A stretch of 58,684 nt of DNA, from positions 1 through 58,684 of the forward strand of contig CAWHOE010000039.1 in assembly GCA_963830915.1 (NCBI GenBank). The letters are read 5' to 3'. Below, piece by piece: positions 51,941 through 58,684 of this stretch; position 1 is the first letter of the stretch; every line of letters begins with the position of its first letter. Below the pieces are notes generated by a model. That model saw only the letters and a program-made list of their open reading frames with translations. It was not told where the DNA came from and did not search any database. A program made the position numbers and the translations under genes. This DNA comes from a candidate division FCPU426 bacterium. GTDB taxonomy: Bacteria > Oederibacteriota > Muellerivitia > Muellerivitales > Muellerivitaceae.

Positions 51941-53150
51941 TTAACTCATTAAAACTTTTGTAATCCGTTCAGATAAGGAAACGTCCTCTGGAACTTCTAA
52001 ATCATCCGGAACGTTTTGACCGGTCGAATAATAAGAGAGCGGGATCTGAAAATTGCTCATTAAATTCAAGAATGACCCGTAATAACGAGTCTCATCAAGT
52101 TTTGTAAATATCATCCTGTTGATTGGAACCGCTTGCCCAAACTTTTCAATGATACGAATCATATCGTGGTATTTTGTGGTTGCTGAAATAACTAAATGAA
52201 TCTCGTCAGGCTGACTTAAGGCAATAAACTTTTTCAACTCAACTAGTTGCTCTTCATTGGAAGGACTACGGCCAGCGGTATCCAACAAAACCAAATCAGC
52301 ATTTTTATGCCTGTTCAGAATCCCTGTAATATCGACATCTGAATTAGCCACTTCCACCGGGATCCCCATAATTCTTCCATAAGTTTTCAATTGTTCTGTC
52401 GCAGCGATTCGATAGGTGTCGGCAGTGACCATGACGACTTTTTTCCCCTCCATTAAGCTGAACCTTGCGGCAAGCTTAGCTAGGGTCGTTGTTTTCCCAA
52501 CCCCAGTAGGGCCAACAAACGCGAGTACCTTTTGAAAACCGCTAAATGGTGTAGCTGTGGAAATCTTCAAAGCCGATTTAACGAAAGCGCATAACCATTC
52601 ATATACTTCTGTGGAATTTTCCGGGTCGATTTTGACATCAATCATCCCTCGTAACACTTTTTGAATTAAATAGTCCTCAACCTCTTGTTTGGTCAATTTT
52701 TTCCTTAGCTTAATGAAGCCTTCTGATAAAAGGGTTGAACCATCAGAATGGCTAAACTCTTTAATAACATTTGCCACACTTGTCGTTCTTCATCTCATTC
52801 AATTCCCGCTGTAAAGCCTTCACCTTGGTCCTGGCAGGATCCAAAGAACCTAATTGTCTAATCGATGCCATTGAACTGGCATTTATCGAGTTTCGAACTA
52901 GTGGGACCTCGTTTTTCTCAAGTACAGGAGCTGTAGATGTAGCGACAACATCTTTTCTTTTGGCAACATCATCCAGCAGGTTCAAGTCAACGCCCGCCGT
53001 TATCTCGGCAACAGGTTTACCGAACAAACCCAAAACTCCACCTTTTCGAAAAGTTTTTGTATATAAAATAACCGCTTCAGGGCCTAAATCTTTTTTCACT
53101 TTCATTAAGGCTTCTTGGATGGTTGGAGCTTCATATCGTTTTATCCTCAT
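51941..53150 (-). CDS. flhF: Flagellar SRP-type GTPase FlhF; frameshift near 52785
   Basis: N-part MRIKRYEAPTIQEALMKVKKDLGPEAVIL; C-part GPTGVGKTTTLAKLA, DTYRIAA, DTAGRS, TKLDET, GQNVPDDL. Confidence 0.93.
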
Positions 53151-55228
53151 GCTCCCGCCTCGATCAAACCGACTGATTGGATCTCAGTCCTAGGTAAAAG
53201 TTCGCTAAATGAAAGAACTGTAAGATGAGGAATGAATCTTTCTATCAACTTCTTAAAATATGGTCGAACATTCGGGGAACACAAAACTAACGGTTGATGA
53301 TTAGCGCCAGCCATTTTTTCTATACCCGACGAAAGACTTTTGAACATCTGTTGCAATAATCGGGGATCTAAAGCAGAAGCATTTCCACCTTCGGCGGCTT
53401 GAACTGAATCCATGATGATCTTTTCGAATTTTGGTTCTAATGTTAAAGCATATATTTTCCCATCGCTAGCCTGATGCAATTTGGTTATCGATCGAGCTAA
53501 CGATCTCCTAGCGTATTCCGTTAAAATCTGTATATCTTTCGTTTCTCGGACATGATCCGCCACAGCTTCAAGGATAGTTTCCAAATCCCTGATCGGGATA
53601 TGTTCTTTTAACAAGTTCTGCAATATTTTTTGCAAGTCACCAATGGAAATATGCGCAGGTACTAATTCATCGACAACAGCCGAAGACTCCTTACGAACAG
53701 AATCCAACAGTTTAGACACGCTTTGGCGCGTCAAAAATTCATGCGCTTGGTTCCGGATTACCTCGGTTAAATGAGTCGCTATAACAGTCGACGCATCTAC
53801 CACGGAATAACCGGCTTGTTCAGCCATAACTTTTTCCTCATCCGTGATCCAATATGAGGTCAAATTGAATGTTGGTTCTTTCGTCTCAATGCCTTGTATT
53901 TTGGGCATCCCAGGACCTGTCGACATAGCCAAAAGATGTCCAGGCATTATTTTCCAACGAGAAACTTCAACACCTTTGATCTTAATAATGTATTCCGCAG
54001 GTTGTAACTGCATATTATCCCGAATTCGTATGGGTGGAACCACTAGACCTAGGTCGCTGGCCATCTGTCGTCTAATACCAGTAATTCTTTCTAGTAAATC
54101 ACCTCCTTGTGCTTCATCCACCAAAGGGATCAAGCTATAACCAATCTCCACTTCCAAATGATCGACTTGTAGAAGAGAGGTTACATTTTCCGGCTCTTTC
54201 TTTTTTTCTGGGATTAGCAGCTTGGCTTTCTCGGCCTCTTCTTTTTCCCGATTAACAACCGACCTTAAATAAAAAGCTAACCCACCAGAAATCAACGAAA
54301 TGAAAATGAATGCAACGTGAGGCATTCCTGGAAAAATTCCGAAAAAAAACATGACCCCGGATGTAATCCATAGCGCACGAGGTTGGGCAATGATTTGTTT
54401 GATTAGATCGGTTCCCAAGTCGCTTTCCGAAGCGGCCCGCGTAACAACAATACCCGTTGCCGTCGATAGCATAAGAGCAGGAATTTGGGTAGCAAGACCA
54501 CCGCCAATGGTTAAAAGAGTATACCTAGTAAGTACCTCAGCCCACCCTAACCCGCCCACATAAAACCCCATCGCAAATCCGCCCAAAATATTAATGATTG
54601 CGATTATGATTGCCGCAATTGCATCTCCCCTTACGAATTTACTGGCACCATCCATAGCACCATAAAAGTCCGCTTCCCTTTCGACTTCTTTTCTTCTTTT
54701 CCTGGCTTGGTCATCTGTGATGAGCCCTGAATTCAAATCAGCATCAATCGCCATTTGTTTCCCTGGCATTGCATCCAAAGTGAACCTAGCCGCTACCTCG
54801 GCAACACGTTGAGCACCGTTAGTTATAACGACAAATTGAATGATGATCAAAATCAGGAAAACAACGAAACCTACGATTGGGCTACCTCCGATAACAAATT
54901 GACCTATTGATTCGATGACTTTACCGGCAGCATCCGAACCCTCGTTTCCGTGTAATAGAATCAAACGGGTTGCGGAAACTTCTAAAGCAAGCCGAAAAAG
55001 AGTCGTGATTAATAGCAAAGTAGGAAAAATAGAAAATTGAAGAGGTTCGAGGGTATACATAGTCACCAAAACAACAACAAGTGCCAAAGTGATATTGAAG
55101 GAAATCAGAACATCCAGAACGATACTTGGCAATGGTATGAACAACATCAAAATGACCATGACTAAGGCAAAGGCAATAACCAGCCCACTATTTTCTTGAA
55201 TTGATTTAATCGTGATTGCTTCAGGCAT
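53147..55228 (-). CDS. flhA: Flagellar export gate protein FlhA
   Basis: RVAEVAARFTLDAMPGKQMAIDADLNSG; FYGAMDGASKFVRGDA. Confidence 0.98.
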   Translation of the reverse strand: MPEAITIKSIQENSGLVIAFALVMVILMLFIPLPSIVLDVLISFNITLALVVVLVTMYTLEPLQFSIFPTLLLITTLFRLALEVSATRLILLHGNEGSDAAGKVIESIGQFVIGGSPIVGFVVFLILIIIQFVVITNGAQRVAEVAARFTLDAMPGKQMAIDADLNSGLITDDQARKRRKEVEREADFYGAMDGASKFVRGDAIAAIIIAIINILGGFAMGFYVGGLGWAEVLTRYTLLTIGGGLATQIPALMLSTATGIVVTRAASESDLGTDLIKQIIAQPRALWITSGVMFFFGIFPGMPHVAFIFISLISGGLAFYLRSVVNREKEEAEKAKLLIPEKKKEPENVTSLLQVDHLEVEIGYSLIPLVDEAQGGDLLERITGIRRQMASDLGLVVPPIRIRDNMQLQPAEYIIKIKGVEVSRWKIMPGHLLAMSTGPGMPKIQGIETKEPTFNLTSYWITDEEKVMAEQAGYSVVDASTVIATHLTEVIRNQAHEFLTRQSVSKLLDSVRKESSAVVDELVPAHISIGDLQKILQNLLKEHIPIRDLETILEAVADHVRETKDIQILTEYARRSLARSITKLHQASDGKIYALTLEPKFEKIIMDSVQAAEGGNASALDPRLLQQMFKSLSSGIEKMAGANHQPLVLCSPNVRPYFKKLIERFIPHLTVLSFSELLPRTEIQSVGLIEAGA

Positions 55229-55331
55229 TTTTCCCTCGTAACTATTGGCCCGTACCAAACGGACTTGTATTGTAGCCTTAAATCAGCTTTTGTTCATTCT
55301 TCCTTTTTCAATAATCATTACATTTCCATCG

Positions 55332-56405
55332 TTAAACCACACCATCCTTAACCCCTTGTTGACTTTTATTCATCCTATAAACAAAGGCTAAAACCTCAGC
55401 AACTGCCTCAAACAAATCAGGGGAAATGGGGGCCCCAACTGGACAGGATTTAAAAAGTGAGCGGGCCAAAGGTGGATTTTCAACAATAGGGATATGATGT
55501 TTTCGGCCCATTTCCCTAATCCTTTCGGCAATAACCCTTTCCCCTTTTGCCAAAACCATAGGCGCCTGCATCCCGTCTTTATATTGCAGAGCAACTGCGA
55601 TATGAGTAGGATTCGTGATAATAACATCAGCTTTAGGAATTGCTTCGAACATTCTACGACGCGCCATTTCCCTTTGGATCTGTCTTATCCTCGCCTTGAT
55701 CATGGGATCGCCTTCCGATTGACGGAACTCATCCCTAATTTCTTGTTTGGTCATTTTTAACCCGTCTTCGTATTCCCATTTCTGATAAAAATGATCCAAT
55801 ATTGCCAAAACTATCAAAGCCAGAATGATCCTATTTAATATTTTCAACGTAAGTAAGCCAACAAACTGCAGGGCCTCTGTACCAGCCATATCCATAGCCG
55901 GAACAAGTTGTGGCAATGCGTTCTTCACTCCGTCGTATCCGATCCAGCCGATAATAATTAACTTCAATAAAGCTTTAAAAAATTCCACCATCGATCGTCT
56001 GGAGAATAATCTTTGCAAACCAGTCATAGGGTTAACATTGCTGATTTTGGGAGTGAGGGGTTTAAGGCTAAATAGAACTCCTACCTGAAAATAATTAGCC
56101 GCCAAACCTACCAAAAGAATAATTCCGAGCAACGGGGCTATAATTTTAAAAACCTGCCACATATAAAAAATCCCGTAAGAATAAACATTTTCCATTCCAA
56201 AGCTAATCCCCATGTTTTGATACGCAAACACAGTGAGGTTTCCCAAAGAATCCATCATATAGGGTCCAACATAACGAAATGTTAAGAGTGCCGCTAGAAG
56301 GATAACCGCTGAATTTACTTCCACAGAACGCGAAACCTGGCCACGTTCTCGGGCCTCTTGTTTACGTTTAGGGGTTGCCTTTTCTGTTTTTGCCGGATCC
56401 GCCAT
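55332..56405 (-). CDS. flhB: Flagellar export switch protein FlhB
   Basis: KTEKATPKRKQEAR; autocleavage motif NPTH. Confidence 0.98.
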   Translation of the reverse strand: MADPAKTEKATPKRKQEARERGQVSRSVEVNSAVILLAALLTFRYVGPYMMDSLGNLTVFAYQNMGISFGMENVYSYGIFYMWQVFKIIAPLLGIILLVGLAANYFQVGVLFSLKPLTPKISNVNPMTGLQRLFSRRSMVEFFKALLKLIIIGWIGYDGVKNALPQLVPAMDMAGTEALQFVGLLTLKILNRIILALIVLAILDHFYQKWEYEDGLKMTKQEIRDEFRQSEGDPMIKARIRQIQREMARRRMFEAIPKADVIITNPTHIAVALQYKDGMQAPMVLAKGERVIAERIREMGRKHHIPIVENPPLARSLFKSCPVGAPISPDLFEAVAEVLAFVYRMNKSQQGVKDGVV

Positions 56406-56426
56406 GATCACCTATAACCTTTTTAT

Positions 56427-57212
56427 TTATCTCATCGCATAGATTAATACGGCTAAATCCTTATATAAGCCTTTAAAAAGGTCTTGCAAAATAAAAACAA
56501 AAAAACTCATTGAAAAAGCAACGATGATGAGTCCCACCGCCATGTTCAAAGGAAGCCCAACAATAAATACATTCATTTGAGGTACCGTTCGCGCAACGAC
56601 TCCTAATGCTAGGTTAGTGATAAAAAGAGCTCCAATCACGGGGGCTCCGACCCTAAATGCTATGAAAAAAACCCGAGAAACTAAATGCATCATTTCTTGT
56701 CCTAATGCTGGATTGAAATGCCCATTCCCTAAAGCCACAACAGAAAAACTATCCACTACAGCTTTTAGAAGCAAATGATGGCCATCCACCGCTAAAAACA
56801 CTAGGGTAGCGACCAAATAATAATATTGTCCCATTACCGAAATTTGAGTGCTGGTAACGGGATCGATAATATTGACCATTCCTAACCCCATTTGAATATC
56901 CACAATCTGACCGGCCAATTGAATTCCGGTGAAAAGAAGGGTCGCACCTAAACCAATGCAAAAACCTATTAAAACTTCCCTGATAACCGCGATGCCGAGG
57001 GATAACCCTACAGTCGGAAGGATTTGTGGGTTGAATGTTACTACTGGATAAATGAGAAAAGTAACTAATAGTATCCATGCTGCTTTAACAGTTACCGGGA
57101 TATTCCTACTCGCGAAAATCGGGGCGGTTAAGAATATTCCCGCGACTCTAACCAATATCAATACAAAAGCAATAACATCCTTGGGATTAAATTCAAAAGG
57201 ATTTGTCGGCAA
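56427..57212 (-). CDS. fliR: FliR
   Basis: AGQIVDIQMGLGM; DGHHLL; RTVPQMNVFIVGLP. Confidence 0.96.
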   Translation of the reverse strand: MPTNPFEFNPKDVIAFVLILVRVAGIFLTAPIFASRNIPVTVKAAWILLVTFLIYPVVTFNPQILPTVGLSLGIAVIREVLIGFCIGLGATLLFTGIQLAGQIVDIQMGLGMVNIIDPVTSTQISVMGQYYYLVATLVFLAVDGHHLLLKAVVDSFSVVALGNGHFNPALGQEMMHLVSRVFFIAFRVGAPVIGALFITNLALGVVARTVPQMNVFIVGLPLNMAVGLIIVAFSMSFFVFILQDLFKGLYKDLAVLIYAMR

Positions 57213-57219
57213 AGTGTCC

Positions 57220-57489
57220 TCACTTCACGTAACTTGGAATATTGATCCAAAGATTAGAAGTGAAATTTAAAAGAATTAGCATCATCCATTTACCAAAAAT
57301 TAAAATCGCAAAAAATATAGCTATGATCTTAGGAATGAATGTCAAAGTCATTTCTTGTATCTGAGTAACTGCTTGAAAAATGGAAATGGCAACACCAACC
57401 GCTAGTCCCAATCCAAGGATCGGCGCGGATATCAGCAAAGTAATCCATAGCGCTCTATTCGCCAAATCAGCGATAAATTCAACGCTCAT
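57220..57489 (-). CDS. fliQ: FliQ
   Basis: SIFQAVTQIQEMTLTFIPK. Confidence 0.97.
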   Translation of the reverse strand: MSVEFIADLANRALWITLLISAPILGLGLAVGVAISIFQAVTQIQEMTLTFIPKIIAIFFAILIFGKWMMLILLNFTSNLWINIPSYVK

Positions 57490-57504
57490 TTTAAACCTCA
57501 ATTT

Positions 57505-58260
57505 CTAAAAACTTAAAACAATAGAACGAACGATAAGATTCCACCCATCAACCATGATGAATAATAATATTTTGAAAGGGAGAGAAATCAATACAGGCGG
57601 TAGCATCAACATCCCCATGGACATAAGCACTGAAGCCGTCACCATATCTATGATTAAAAAAGGAATGAATATAAGAAAACCCATCTCAAACCCTTTCTTT
57701 AGTTCACTGATTACAAATGAAGGGATAAGCACCCAGGTGGAAATATCGGCGGGTGTTTTTGGACGGCTCGACTTTGAAAGAGCCACAAAAAGCGCTAAAT
57801 CTTTTTCCCTGGTTTGTTTGAACATGAATTGCCTGATAGGGTCTTCGGCTTTTTTAAAAGCTTCGGTCGTCGTTAGCTTCCCACTCAAATAAGGCGTTAA
57901 TGCCTCTTGATCAATTTTGCTGAATGTCGGTTGCATGGTAAAAAAAGTCATAAACAAGGCTAGCCCAACCAAGACTTGGTTTGGGGGAACTTGTTGGGTT
58001 CCCAAAGCCTGGCGAAGAAACGCCAGTACAATGATAATTCGAGTAAATGAAGTCATTAATATTAATATCGCCGGCGCCAAAGAAAGAACGGTTAAAACCA
58101 GGATGATTTGAAGGCTCATGGCTACATCTTGGGGATTTTTAGCTTGTTCAACCCCCAAACGAATGGCCGGGAAGGGTATATCGGCAGCGAGTGCCCCAAA
58201 AGATGGAAGCAAGGCAAAAAACAATGTTAAAGTCAGTATGAGAGAAGTCTTTTTATTCAC
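57505..58260 (-). CDS. fliP: FliP
   Basis: MTSFTRIIIVL; PPNQVL; LMSMGMLMLPP; DGWNL. Confidence 0.98.
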   Translation of the reverse strand: MNKKTSLILTLTLFFALLPSFGALAADIPFPAIRLGVEQAKNPQDVAMSLQIILVLTVLSLAPAILILMTSFTRIIIVLAFLRQALGTQQVPPNQVLVGLALFMTFFTMQPTFSKIDQEALTPYLSGKLTTTEAFKKAEDPIRQFMFKQTREKDLALFVALSKSSRPKTPADISTWVLIPSFVISELKKGFEMGFLIFIPFLIIDMVTASVLMSMGMLMLPPVLISLPFKILLFIMVDGWNLIVRSIVLSF

Positions 58261-58684
58261 TTGAGATCGCCCTTGTTTTCCGTTTCATTTTTTTTTCGAG
58301 TTGATATTTTCTTCAGCTTGTCCAAATAACCTCCTACAACTAAATTGCTCTCCTCAATGATCTTCTTTGCATCCACCTCAGTTTGTGCCGTATCCTGTTT
58401 TTGCATAATATGATTAAATATTTTAGGGAACCCTTGCTGGGTGCCCTGTTTCAATAAATCCACCTCGTCTTGTTCTGTAATTATGTCCAAACAAGATATT
58501 TCTTCTTGCCCAACGCCCAAAACAAGAATCCGCTTGCCCACTTCCACAAGATATATGGATTTTCTAGGAGCCAAAAACGTTGATGTTAGTACTTTTATCG
58601 GTTTCCCATCATCGATGTTACTATTCCATCCTCTTTTCTCCATGATCAACTTCAAGCCCCAGATAGTGATGTAGATCAGCGAGC
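58257..58684 (-). CDS. fliO: FliO/FliZ (start lies beyond the window)
   Basis: TM end SLIYITIWGLK, then IKVLTSTFLAPRKSIYLVEVGKRILVLGVG; overlaps fliP. Confidence 0.85.
   Translation of the reverse strand, partial: SLIYITIWGLKLIMEKRGWNSNIDDGKPIKVLTSTFLAPRKSIYLVEVGKRILVLGVGQEEISCLDIITEQDEVDLLKQGTQQGFPKIFNHIMQKQDTAQTEVDAKKIIEESNLVVGGYLDKLKKISTRKKNETENKGDLK

Overview
Bacterial chromosomal window from a flagellated diderm; almost all genes are on the minus strand. Left part (1-8 kb, about 55-60% GC by spot counts): partial ABC ATPase, MCP, ruvB, DinG-family helicase, FecR-domain protein, rlmH and a phosphomannomutase. Middle (8-25.6 kb): cell-envelope block with three lipoproteins, a giant (about 2700 aa) NHL/beta-propeller surface protein with a Thr/Asn stalk and a C-terminal FlgD-Ig/T9SS-CTD-like domain, tRNA-Phe(GAA), two tandem PorV/PorQ-like barrels and a second CTD-bearing protein. 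Right (25.6-58.7 kb, becoming AT-richer): a large flagellar cluster with Firmicutes/Spirochaete-like gene order plus L/P-ring genes. Main observations: (1) four PorV-like barrels and CTD-bearing cargo are operon-linked to flagellar genes, two of them inside the flagellar operon; (2) a shared structured leader element (GGCY-GGAC-hairpin-GR-RGCC) precedes flgE and flgG, one copy directly behind the TIGR02530 gene; (3) a variant sigma-28-like promoter, AAGTTTTATG-N7-GACGTTAG, precedes both flgM and flgD; (4) six flagellar-region proteins share a C-terminal pentapeptide pattern. Six frameshifts, five repairable by lengthening a base run by one, look like long-read errors rather than pseudogenes. 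All family calls come from motif recognition by eye; no searches were run.
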